From the UHGV virus genome UHGV-0218015: a DNA stretch of 64,000 bases; one strand, given 5' to 3'. Below the pieces are notes generated by a model that was not told where the DNA came from, ran no database searches, and saw only the letters and a program-made list of their open reading frames with translations. Made by a program: the position numbers and the translations under genes. This document shows positions 29,319-37,963 of this stretch, one piece after another (the first letter of the stretch is position 1; each line of letters opens with the position of its first letter). Source of the DNA: a virus.

Positions 29319-32300
29319 ATGGCTAAAGCGGTAAAGAAAATACGTTTACACGACTTACATCCGTACACCGGGGATATCGGTGAAGGCGTTTTACTTTTTT
29401 CGAAAGACGAAAAAGATTATAAGTTACCAGTCCGCGAGATCGTTGCGGACATTGACACCGTCAGAAGTGCGGTTGCTGATGCACAAACGGCTGCGGCCAA
29501 ATCACAACAGTCCGCAACAGAAGCTACGAAAGCTAAAGATTTAGCAGAAACAGCGAAGCAACAGACCACCACTTTAGCTTCCACAGTTAATGAGCAAGCG
29601 GGAACCGTCGCCACTAAAACTGCGGAGGTTAACAAAAAACACGCTGAAGTTTTAGCAGCGAAAACTGCCGTAGATACTGTTTCACAATCAGTAAATGAGA
29701 AGGCTCAAGCTGTCGCCGCAAGCGAACAATCTGTGACAGCTGTAGCGGCTGATGTAACTAAGAAAGCAGAAACGGTTACGCAACGGGCCGGACAGGTTCA
29801 ACAGACCGCTACCAGTATCGCAAATACTGCGGCTTCAATTGAGGCCAGTAAGGGCGCGGTGGAGAAGGTTGCTGCGCAGGTTACGAAAGATAAAGAAAGC
29901 TCAGAAGGCGCAGCTACACGCTCGGAGTCAGCCGCTCTGCGTGCGGAGAAAATCGCTGCACAGGGTTTAGTTGACGCTAGTACGACCGGTAAAGGTATCG
30001 TTAAACTTAACAATACCCTGACTAGCGAATCCGTGACGGAGGCTGCCACACCGTCCACGGTTAAACAGCTGAACGACGAATTACAGTTAAAAGCCGATAA
30101 ACATTCGCCGAATTTTACGGGTAACCCGACATCACCAACGCCTCCAAAGGACTCGAATGACACGAGCATCTCCACAACGGCCTGGGTGCGTGCTGCTATC
30201 GCGGAATTGGTTGGTTCTTCACCTGAGACGTTAGATACCTTAGCGGAATTAGCTACGGCGTTAGGTAATGACCCTAACTTCGCAACAACGATTACTGAGA
30301 AACTTGCACAGAAGCAACCTATCAGTCCACTACTTACTGCTATTGCCGCAGTCACAACCGCAGCAAACAAGCTCCCTTATTTCACTGGCACTAATAAAGT
30401 CGGGTTAACTGACTTTACAGAAACCGCCAGAACCTTGTTAGCAAAAGGGACAACTGCGGATATCATCAATTTCTTGGGATTAAAAGCCACTGTAGATAAA
30501 GCGAACTCTGCGTTACAGAAAAACTCTAACGGTGCTGATATCCCCAATAAAGAAACCTTTGCTCGCAATATTGGTCTATCTCCTGATACCTATCTGCGTT
30601 TCCGTGGTGAAATGCCCGCAGATGCTGATATTAACACATTTGCTCCAGATGCCAATTACACAGGAACATGGTCCAAGTCGACATCAACAAACGCATCGAT
30701 AGCAAAACACTTCCCGGAAGACGGTGCGGTAGGTTATCTAGAAGTGTATAAAGCGGGCAACTACAGTGGAGCGCAACGTTTTACCTGCCGTAATGGTAAC
30801 GTGTACAACCGCATGTTGTCAGCCGCGTGGAACGGAACTAATGGCCCGTGGTCACCGTGGAGAATGGTAACTACAGGTGTACGCCCGTTATCTACATCGA
30901 TCGATCTGAACTCCTTAGGCGGCGCTGAGCACATGGGTAACTGGCGTAACTCGTCCAGTTCGTTAGCGGTGTTCGACAGACATTATCCTGAAGAGGGCGG
31001 TAATGCGCAAGGCGTATTAGAAGTCATGGAAGGCGGTCTTTATGGACGTTTACAACGTTACACCACTCGTCGTGGTACGATGTATGTCCGTGGTTTGACT
31101 GCGACTTGGGATTCGTCTAATCCGCAGTGGGAAGATTGGATTCAGGTTGGGTATCAGGTAGACGGTGCCTACTATAAGGGTAGCTTTAACGACTTAACTA
31201 AACCGGGTCGCTTTAGTGTTACCGGCGAGGCTACAGACGGTCCGTTAACAGACTCTGCTGGCGCAACCTTGCTAGGCGTTTGCGAAGTTACCTTACGCTT
31301 AGACGGTTCAGGTGTTGAACAAAATTATACCACATACGGTACAGGCGCAACTTCGAAAGGTCGCAAGTTCCAACGAATTCGTACAGGAAATGCCTGGAGC
31401 GAATGGCGAGAGATTTTCACATCCTATTCACTCCCGTTGGCTTTAGGGATCGGTGGGGTTGCTGCTAAGGTAGATCCGTTAGACTGGCAAACCTTCGACT
31501 TCGTTCCTGGCCAGATGATAAGTACACCATTGAATACCATGAAAAACATTCCTGCGGGAATGGATTGGGGTGTTATCGACGGTAACTTGGTTACTATTCT
31601 TGTAGGGGCGTCGGAGGACACCGGTACTGGCCGGAGTATGTTGGTCTGGCGTGGTACAGTGTCTACTGCTAACTATCGCTTCTTTGCTGTTCGCGTCGCT
31701 GGTGAAAAGGGTAAACGTACTATTACTAGCCGCCAGATGCCCGTATTGAATGCAGCGCATACGTGGGCAGAAAAACAGACCTTTGCAAAAGGGTTATCAG
31801 GTGAGTTAACAGGCAATGCTGCTACGGCAACGAAACTGAAAACAGCCCGTTTAATCGGCGGTGTAAGTTTCGACGGTAGCGGAGACATTAGCCTCCCTGG
31901 TGTAAACCAACAGGGTAATCAAAACACCTCTGGGAACGCGGGAACCGCAACCAAATTACAAACGGCTCGAAACATCAACGGTGTGAAATTTGATGGGTCT
32001 AGAGACATCAATATCAACACGTTGGTAGGACGTGGACGTGTTACTGCACTGACTGGATCAAACAAAGGTACACCCGGTATTCAGATGTACGAAGTTTACA
32101 ATAACGGTTATCCAACCGCTTATGGTAACTTACTGCATTTGGGCGGTTCTGCTGCGCTAGGCGAAGGGGAACTGTTAATCGGATGGTCGGGGACGAGCGG
32201 TGCGCACGCACCCGTTTATATTCGTAGTCGACGTGATACTGCTGATGCGCCGTGGTCAGATTGGGCACAAGTTTATACTGCCCGTGATAGCATTCCTGGT

Positions 32301-33758
32301 GTAAATGCCACAGGTAATCAGGATACTACCGGCAACGCCGCTACCGCGACGAAACTGAAAACCGCTCGCAGGATCGGAGGCGTTAGCTTTGACGGTACAG
32401 GTGATATCAATTTACCGGGCGTTAACCAGCAAGGCAACCAGAATACGACAGGTAATGCAGCGACCGCTACTAAGTTACAAACCGCACGTAAGATCGGCGG
32501 TGTGGTGTTCGATGGGACAAAAGACGTTAATCTTCCTGGTGTAAACCAAACCGGTAACCAATCGACTACGGGGAATGCGGCGACAGCGACTAAGCTACAG
32601 ACTGCTCGAAATATAGGTGGCGTAGCTTTTGATGGTACTAAAGACATCAGTTTACCTGGAGTAAACCAAACAGGGAATCAGTCGACCACCGGAAACGCAG
32701 CCACGGCAACAAAGTTGCAAACCGCAAGAACCATCAATGGTATTGCGTTTGATGGCACTAGAAATATATCGTTAGGGCCAGCCGAAATAGGTTGTCCGGC
32801 ATCACCTAGTGGTTGGTTAGAAACTGGCGCTAATGGCGGTGCAATAACTACAGCACAGCTAGTGACGTTATTGAAAAATAACGGCGCATTTACCACAAGA
32901 TCGTGGGTTGCTCGCTGTGCGTGGGCTTATGCCGCCAGTGCGTCCATACCTCACAGCGAGACGGGTTGTGGTGTCATTCCGTTAGCTGGGGCCGTTATAG
33001 AAGTCATTAGTAACGGCAACAGCACAAACAACTACACGATCCGTATAACGACCGCCACAACGACGAGCGTCGGCGGAGCACTCACTAATGCGGAGTTTAT
33101 CTACGTATTTAACGGCGATGGATACTCACCAGGCTGGCGTCGTGCTTACAATACGAGAAACAAGCCAACTGCTGCGGAAGTGGGCGCGTTACCGTCAGGG
33201 GGCGGTACTGTAGGCGGTGATTTAACCGTTAATGGTAAATTGGCCACTAAATACCCTGATTTTCGAATCGCTTACGGTACCTACGGTTTTATTTTACGTA
33301 ACGACGGTGCCAATACCTATTTCTTAGTAACCGACGCCGGACAAGCCGCAGCGGGTTCCTGGAACGGATTACGCCCGTTGTCTTTTAATAATTCTAACGG
33401 CCAAGTAAACTTTGGACATAACGTTACTGGCAACGGTAACGGTTCGTTTAACGACGTACAGATTCGTTCTGACCGTCGTAACAAACGTAATCTGGTGAAG
33501 CTGGATAAAGCTTTGGATCGGTTAGAGTTACTAACCGGTTATTTGTACGAAATTCAGCATCCTGATGACGGTTGGCAGACTTCTGTAGGTCTAATTGCTC
33601 AGGACGCATTAGAAGCGTTACCTGAACTTGTGTCAGAGGACGACGATGCCATTTCAGGCGAAAAACGTTTACGTCTAAATTACAATGGCGTTATTGCGCT
33701 GTTAGTAGAGGGTATGAAGTCTCTTCGCCGAGAGCTTAAAGAACTCAAGGGGAATTAA
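29319..33758 (+). CDS. long tail fibre protein (1479 aa) with tandem fibre repeats and C-terminal intramolecular chaperone (peptidase S74) domain
   Basis: About six 38-aa repeats GNAATATKLxTAR-IGGV-FDG--DI-LPGVNQ-GNQ; C-terminal SDRRNKRNL...GLIAQDALEALPELV...LNYNGVIALLVEGMKSLRRELKELK matches the S74 autoproteolytic chaperone of endosialidase-type fibres. Confidence 0.85.
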   Translation: MAKAVKKIRLHDLHPYTGDIGEGVLLFSKDEKDYKLPVREIVADIDTVRSAVADAQTAAAKSQQSATEATKAKDLAETAKQQTTTLASTVNEQAGTVATKTAEVNKKHAEVLAAKTAVDTVSQSVNEKAQAVAASEQSVTAVAADVTKKAETVTQRAGQVQQTATSIANTAASIEASKGAVEKVAAQVTKDKESSEGAATRSESAALRAEKIAAQGLVDASTTGKGIVKLNNTLTSESVTEAATPSTVKQLNDELQLKADKHSPNFTGNPTSPTPPKDSNDTSISTTAWVRAAIAELVGSSPETLDTLAELATALGNDPNFATTITEKLAQKQPISPLLTAIAAVTTAANKLPYFTGTNKVGLTDFTETARTLLAKGTTADIINFLGLKATVDKANSALQKNSNGADIPNKETFARNIGLSPDTYLRFRGEMPADADINTFAPDANYTGTWSKSTSTNASIAKHFPEDGAVGYLEVYKAGNYSGAQRFTCRNGNVYNRMLSAAWNGTNGPWSPWRMVTTGVRPLSTSIDLNSLGGAEHMGNWRNSSSSLAVFDRHYPEEGGNAQGVLEVMEGGLYGRLQRYTTRRGTMYVRGLTATWDSSNPQWEDWIQVGYQVDGAYYKGSFNDLTKPGRFSVTGEATDGPLTDSAGATLLGVCEVTLRLDGSGVEQNYTTYGTGATSKGRKFQRIRTGNAWSEWREIFTSYSLPLALGIGGVAAKVDPLDWQTFDFVPGQMISTPLNTMKNIPAGMDWGVIDGNLVTILVGASEDTGTGRSMLVWRGTVSTANYRFFAVRVAGEKGKRTITSRQMPVLNAAHTWAEKQTFAKGLSGELTGNAATATKLKTARLIGGVSFDGSGDISLPGVNQQGNQNTSGNAGTATKLQTARNINGVKFDGSRDININTLVGRGRVTALTGSNKGTPGIQMYEVYNNGYPTAYGNLLHLGGSAALGEGELLIGWSGTSGAHAPVYIRSRRDTADAPWSDWAQVYTARDSIPGVNATGNQDTTGNAATATKLKTARRIGGVSFDGTGDINLPGVNQQGNQNTTGNAATATKLQTARKIGGVVFDGTKDVNLPGVNQTGNQSTTGNAATATKLQTARNIGGVAFDGTKDISLPGVNQTGNQSTTGNAATATKLQTARTINGIAFDGTRNISLGPAEIGCPASPSGWLETGANGGAITTAQLVTLLKNNGAFTTRSWVARCAWAYAASASIPHSETGCGVIPLAGAVIEVISNGNSTNNYTIRITTATTTSVGGALTNAEFIYVFNGDGYSPGWRRAYNTRNKPTAAEVGALPSGGGTVGGDLTVNGKLATKYPDFRIAYGTYGFILRNDGANTYFLVTDAGQAAAGSWNGLRPLSFNNSNGQVNFGHNVTGNGNGSFNDVQIRSDRRNKRNLVKLDKALDRLELLTGYLYEIQHPDDGWQTSVGLIAQDALEALPELVSEDDDAISGEKRLRLNYNGVIALLVEGMKSLRRELKELKGN
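31790..32770 (+). repeat. in-frame tandem coding repeats (about 114 nt units, about 6 copies) inside the tail fibre gene
   Basis: Repeated ACGAAACTGAAAAC/ACTAAGTTACAAACCGC... units encoding NAATATKLQTAR-GGV-FDG. Confidence 0.8.
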
Positions 33759-33762
33759 AGAT

Positions 33763-33790
33763 AGGGGGAGTAATCCCCCTAATTTAGTTT
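33763..33790 (+). terminator. putative terminator hairpin (weak T-run)
   Basis: Stem AGGGGGA / GTAA / TCCCCCT followed by AATTTAGTTT. Confidence 0.4.
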
Positions 33791-33799
33791 GGAGGATTT

Positions 33800-34345
33800 A
33801 TGGGGGTAGCATCCGGCTGGGTTGGAAGCTCAGCAAAGGCAGTAACCGGTCAGGAGTGGATGAGTGTGGCAGGTAATAAGCTTAAACTGAGCACGCCATT
33901 TAACATGTCGCAGATGGTCGGGCGTAGCGTAGAGGATCTTAAACTCGTTGTAGGCCGATCAACCTATGTTGTTTTGGTGCAGGCTACGAACACGCAGTGG
34001 GTTCCTATTACAAATACGTATGGGGGGTATTCGAACAACTCTACAACAACGGGTGCTGGTTCTACAGTATCGAATCGTGTGCAAACACAAAATGCGGCCG
34101 GTTCGGTGTCAGGTTCGATCTTGGGTTGTAGCGTCACACATCTTAGCCAAGTACAAAATACTGGTATTATCTACATGGCCCTAACCAATGGACCAAATCA
34201 GAATATTACGCTTTCGTTTAACGGAACGAAGATTACTTTTCTACCGTACTCCTACAGTAACGGCGTCCGGCGCTATGAGGCTAAGACGGCAACCAACTGG
34301 TTATTTAATCAGAACGGTGCAACAATTTCAATAAGTGTAGTCTAA
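33800..34345 (+). CDS. tail-fibre-module protein (181 aa), paralog of 34599..35105; possible distal adhesin
   Basis: N-terminus MGVASGWVGSSAKAVTGQEWMSVAGNKLKLSTPFNMSQMVGRS shared with the downstream paralog. Confidence 0.5.
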   Translation: MGVASGWVGSSAKAVTGQEWMSVAGNKLKLSTPFNMSQMVGRSVEDLKLVVGRSTYVVLVQATNTQWVPITNTYGGYSNNSTTTGAGSTVSNRVQTQNAAGSVSGSILGCSVTHLSQVQNTGIIYMALTNGPNQNITLSFNGTKITFLPYSYSNGVRRYEAKTATNWLFNQNGATISISVV

Positions 34346-34355
34346 GGACAGAAAG

Positions 34356-34586
34356 ATGTTAAGAAAAGTTTTACTGGGTTTCGCATTGCTTACAGTAAGT
34401 GGATGTCAACAACTACCCGAACCTGTATGTTACGGCACAGCTAAGCTGGGTAATGAAGAGACTACGATCAATATTTTCGACGTAAAAAAGCAGGGCAGAT
34501 ACACACTTTATAAAGCTGATCATCATTATAATTGGCGTTGGGTTGGGCGTGGTGCTTTCGATTCAATAACATGTAGAAAATCTTAA
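34356..34586 (+). CDS. small lipoprotein (76 aa), candidate Llp-like superinfection-exclusion or receptor-blocking lipoprotein
   Basis: Signal peptide with lipobox LTVSGC (MLRKVLLGFALLTVSG-C); located inside the fibre module. Confidence 0.55.
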   Translation: MLRKVLLGFALLTVSGCQQLPEPVCYGTAKLGNEETTINIFDVKKQGRYTLYKADHHYNWRWVGRGAFDSITCRKS

Positions 34587-34598
34587 CAGGAGATCGCG

Positions 34599-35105
34599 AT
34601 GGGGGGGGTAACCGGTTCGTGGGTCGGTTCTTCGGCCAAGAACGAAACGGGCGAACAATGGATGAGCGCTGCTGGTAGTAAATTAGGATTGGGTAGACCT
34701 TTTATGATGAGTCAAATGGTGGGACGATCTATGGGCTGTAAAATTGCAACCGCTGCATATAGCGATTCTTTAGGTAAGAAATGGGGCGCAGTAGGACCAA
34801 GCTGGCCGTTAAACCAGAAAAATCAGGGAACCATTCAAAACGCGGGTAACTGCGGGGTGGGAACTTTAGTAGGTATTGAGTTACAGTTAACGACGATAGT
34901 TGCCAACGCAAAGCCTACTTTAGCGGTTTACTTACAAGGAGGCAGAGCCTCTAACATTACCGTAAATTTAGGTGGTAACACCTGCGCGCTGGCCTATCAG
35001 CAGGTTATTAACGGACAGCATTATTACTGGACTAATAACATCAGCGCTGCGTTCCAAAACGTGATGAAATCGACAGGCGCACTGCGTGATTTGAGAATTA
35101 GCTAA
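34599..35105 (+). CDS. tail-fibre-module protein (168 aa), paralog of 33800..34345; start codon fused to a G8 tract
   Basis: MGGVTGSWVGSSAKNETGEQWMSAAGSKL...MSQMVGRS; ATG followed by GGGGGGG (34601-34608). Confidence 0.5.
   Translation: MGGVTGSWVGSSAKNETGEQWMSAAGSKLGLGRPFMMSQMVGRSMGCKIATAAYSDSLGKKWGAVGPSWPLNQKNQGTIQNAGNCGVGTLVGIELQLTTIVANAKPTLAVYLQGGRASNITVNLGGNTCALAYQQVINGQHYYWTNNISAAFQNVMKSTGALRDLRIS
34601..34608. repeat. G8 homopolymer inside the start of gene 34599
   Basis: ATGGGGGGGGTAACC read directly. Confidence 0.9.
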
Positions 35106-35139
35106 TTATTTTCAACTGAAAGCGGTTGAAAATAATCGT

Positions 35140-35149
35140 GGGGGGGGGG
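35140..35149. repeat. G10 homopolymer in the intergenic region upstream of gene 35204
   Basis: AATCGTGGGGGGGGGGTGAATG read directly. Confidence 0.9.
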
Positions 35150-35203
35150 TGAATGTTTTTTAGTCAATATTTTATGACCCCCAACCGTAGGAGGTAAACA
35201 TAC

Positions 35204-35716
35204 GTGGAAAAATTCACACCAGATTTATCACTAACTTCACTTAACATGGTTATTTCACTGGTTAACCATGACCTCCAACTTGACTTGCAAGAGAACGAGG
35301 TTGAAGTCAGTGACGTAAAAACCAGTGATGAAATGGATCGTGACTCCACTGCCATTGTAAAGATTAAACGTCCTGGAAACAGAACGTTGCAAATCTACTA
35401 CAACCGTTTAACCGCAGAGCGGTGGTTAAACCAACAACCTATTCTGGTAAAAGTAAGAGGTGAAGGGTTTAATGCACACGATCTTATCGAATCCGTCAAT
35501 GCCGTTTGTGGTGCTAACTTACAAACCGACGATTTAACCGACCAGTCGTTCACGGTAGGTAAAGACGCGGTAACGCTTAGCATCGCTCCGAATTCCATCG
35601 CTTATAAAGGACAGTTCTCCGTGGTGGTTTTCGGCCCAGATGAAACACCGTGTGGCATCGGTGATGATTCTGTCGTGTTGACGTTTGACAATAAAATCTT
35701 AACTTTTGGAGAGTAG
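35204..35716 (+). CDS. tail-fibre-associated accessory protein (170 aa, GTG start), paralog of 28553..29113
   Basis: TAGGAGGTAAACATAC-GTG RBS; sequence parallels the 28553 gene; directly upstream of the tailspike gene. Confidence 0.5.
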   Translation: MEKFTPDLSLTSLNMVISLVNHDLQLDLQENEVEVSDVKTSDEMDRDSTAIVKIKRPGNRTLQIYYNRLTAERWLNQQPILVKVRGEGFNAHDLIESVNAVCGANLQTDDLTDQSFTVGKDAVTLSIAPNSIAYKGQFSVVVFGPDETPCGIGDDSVVLTFDNKILTFGE

Positions 35717-35719
35717 TAG

Positions 35720-37840
35720 ATGAGTCAGCCAATTGGAAAGAAACGTATCCATGAACTCGACAATTTCTCTGGCGATCTCAAAGGTGCGTTAGTTCTTCTT
35801 TCTAAGGAAGAAAAAGAATATAAAATTGATATTGCAAAACTTCAGGGCACGACGGAGCCGGAGTATTACTTCGTGATTCCTATAGCCGGGCAATCTAATG
35901 CGATGAGTTATGGTGAAGGGTTGCCTCTACCGGCGACGTTGGACGCTCCCGATCCGCGAATTAAACAGATGGCGCGCCGTGCGAAGGTAACGCCTAATGG
36001 GGCTGATTGTAAATATAACGACGTCATTCCAGCGGATCACTGTCTGCACGACGTGCAAGATATGTCCAAATACTCGCATCCCAATGCCAATTTGAGCAAA
36101 GGTGAATACGGATGTGTGGGTCAAGGTCTACATATCGCGAAGCGTCTTCTCCCGTATATTCCTAAGAACGCCGGTATCTTACTAGTACCCTGCGCACGCG
36201 GCGGTTCTGCTTTCACGGGTGGTGCAGAAGGTACCTTCGATGAAGCCACAGGAGCCACTGAGTCGTCAATGCTATGGGGGGTGGAGAAACCGCTTTATAA
36301 AGATTTAGTTAGCCGGACCAAAAAAGCTCTAGAAGTTAATCCTAAAAATAAACTCTTGGCTGTAGTGTGGATGCAGGGAGAGTATGATCTGACTAAAGTA
36401 CAATACGCACAACAACCAGCGTTATTTAACGCAATGGTAGAGCGTTTCCGAACTGATCTCTCTGACCATCTCTCTCAGATGCCCGAGTACGACACCGCCG
36501 AAGTACCATGGATCTGCGGGGACACTACCTATTATTGGAAGGAAAAATATCCTGCCCAATATGAAACCGTATACGGTAATTATCGTAACAATGAACAAAA
36601 AAATATCTTTTTTGTTCCATTCATGTACGACGATAATGGCCAACGTGTACCGACTAATGATCCCACTGACGATCCTGATATCACTGGTGCGGCCTATTAC
36701 GGTGCTGCCTCCCGTACTGTTAAAAACTGGACGTCTGAAACAAGGAATAGCCATTTCAGTTCTTGGGCACGACGCGGTATTATCTCAGAGAGAATAGCTG
36801 CCGAGATATTATCAAGAACAGCGATTGGTGCAATGTTCCTGACGAAGAACGACACTAAGAGCTCCAAAGACAATAAGAATGTGGTAAGAAGCTATACCCC
36901 ATTAGTAGAGTCTGTGGGTTATAACGGACGTCGTGGGGATGGTTCCCTGAAAGGGCAAGGTTGGAACAATATCGTTGATTGTAACGTAACCGTGCAAGAT
37001 TCTGAGGATGGAAACGGGCATTTCGTCGAATTAAGAAAGGCTGTAAAGATGAAACCTTGGAATGTAACTAAGTCAATGACATCTGCTGCGGACATGATAC
37101 GTTACGGTGGACGTCTGACCGTTACTTTTAGACTAAAAGGTGATTTAGCAGCAGATCGTTTCGGATTAGGACTTTATTGGCGTATTTCCGCGTCCGACCT
37201 ACCTTCTGGTACTACATTTGCTGACGCTGGTGTGGCTGAGACGAACCCGTACCTAATGTCTTTTTTCTTACAGACCGACGCTACGAATCTTAATCTGATG
37301 CATCATAAAAAGCAAAATGCGAAATTAGGAACTTTTGGTGCGTACGATAATAACTGGCATACGCTTGAAATCATTTATCCTGGTGCCAATAAAACCACAG
37401 TCACACCTGTGCTGGACGGTACGAATGGTACTCCATTTGATCTGGCGAACAGTCCAGCTAAGACCGATTTGAACGAATTGGTTCTGACGGATATTACGAA
37501 AGTTACTGCCTATGATATCGATATTTCTAAGTTTGAGATCTCGGTCAATCGTGATTCTGGTAGCATAGTGTTATCTGAGGAAGATGTGTCGTCTTATGTG
37601 TATTTCCCACCCACCAACCGTGGCGGCCAACTTACTATTCCTGATCTAGAATATAGTGTGGGCAGAAATATTCAGATCGTGGCAAATAAGGCTGGTAAGA
37701 TCACCGTTAAACCGGAAAATTCAAACGTTCTCATCACTCCAAAGAGTGGGACAGAAGGTCTTGCCAAACCCATTGATACCAATGAAAGTATTACGCTAAT
37801 GCAGATTGGTTCCGATGGTAAAAGCTGGGTAGTTATTTAA
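35720..37840 (+). CDS. tailspike/tail fibre (706 aa) with putative SASA/SGNH-type carbohydrate esterase domain
   Basis: N-terminus MSQPIGKKRIHELDNFSGDLKGALVLLSKEEKEYK parallels the 1479-aa fibre N-terminus; FVIPIAGQSNAMSYGEG resembles the GQSN(M) active-site motif of sialate O-acetylesterase-like esterases. Confidence 0.6.
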   Translation: MSQPIGKKRIHELDNFSGDLKGALVLLSKEEKEYKIDIAKLQGTTEPEYYFVIPIAGQSNAMSYGEGLPLPATLDAPDPRIKQMARRAKVTPNGADCKYNDVIPADHCLHDVQDMSKYSHPNANLSKGEYGCVGQGLHIAKRLLPYIPKNAGILLVPCARGGSAFTGGAEGTFDEATGATESSMLWGVEKPLYKDLVSRTKKALEVNPKNKLLAVVWMQGEYDLTKVQYAQQPALFNAMVERFRTDLSDHLSQMPEYDTAEVPWICGDTTYYWKEKYPAQYETVYGNYRNNEQKNIFFVPFMYDDNGQRVPTNDPTDDPDITGAAYYGAASRTVKNWTSETRNSHFSSWARRGIISERIAAEILSRTAIGAMFLTKNDTKSSKDNKNVVRSYTPLVESVGYNGRRGDGSLKGQGWNNIVDCNVTVQDSEDGNGHFVELRKAVKMKPWNVTKSMTSAADMIRYGGRLTVTFRLKGDLAADRFGLGLYWRISASDLPSGTTFADAGVAETNPYLMSFFLQTDATNLNLMHHKKQNAKLGTFGAYDNNWHTLEIIYPGANKTTVTPVLDGTNGTPFDLANSPAKTDLNELVLTDITKVTAYDIDISKFEISVNRDSGSIVLSEEDVSSYVYFPPTNRGGQLTIPDLEYSVGRNIQIVANKAGKITVKPENSNVLITPKSGTEGLAKPIDTNESITLMQIGSDGKSWVVI

Positions 37841-37845
37841 TTTAA

Positions 37846-37889
37846 ACCGTAGGATGGACTTAGTCCATCCTACGGTTTTTATATTTTTT
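37846..37889 (+). terminator. rho-independent terminator
   Basis: Long palindromic stem CCGTAGGATGGAC...GTCCATCCTACGG followed by TTTTTATATTTTTT. Confidence 0.85.
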
Positions 37890-37936
37890 CTCAGATATAT
37901 ATTACCTAGGAGAGAGTGAAATTTACGTTCACTCCA
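37886..37936 (+). promoter_or_regulatory. conserved phage promoter-like motif with downstream hairpin (copy 2)
   Basis: TTTTCTCAGATATATATTACCTAGGAGAGAG followed by hairpin GAGTGAA-ATTTACG-TTCACTC (stem differs from copy 1 but pairing is preserved). Confidence 0.55.
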
Positions 37937-37963
37937 TTAGTTATAGCCGAAAAGGAGGATTAG

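Noticed and set aside
31790-32770. Regularly spaced repeats that could superficially suggest a CRISPR array
   Set aside because: Repeats are in-frame coding units of the fibre protein with no unique spacers or CRISPR-like palindromic repeat
29417-32896. Multiple - strand ORFs (63-190 aa) inside the tail fibre gene, several with internally repeated sequences
   Set aside because: Antisense read-outs of the tandem fibre repeats and Ala-rich N-terminal region; the + strand fibre ORF is continuous and has recognisable domains
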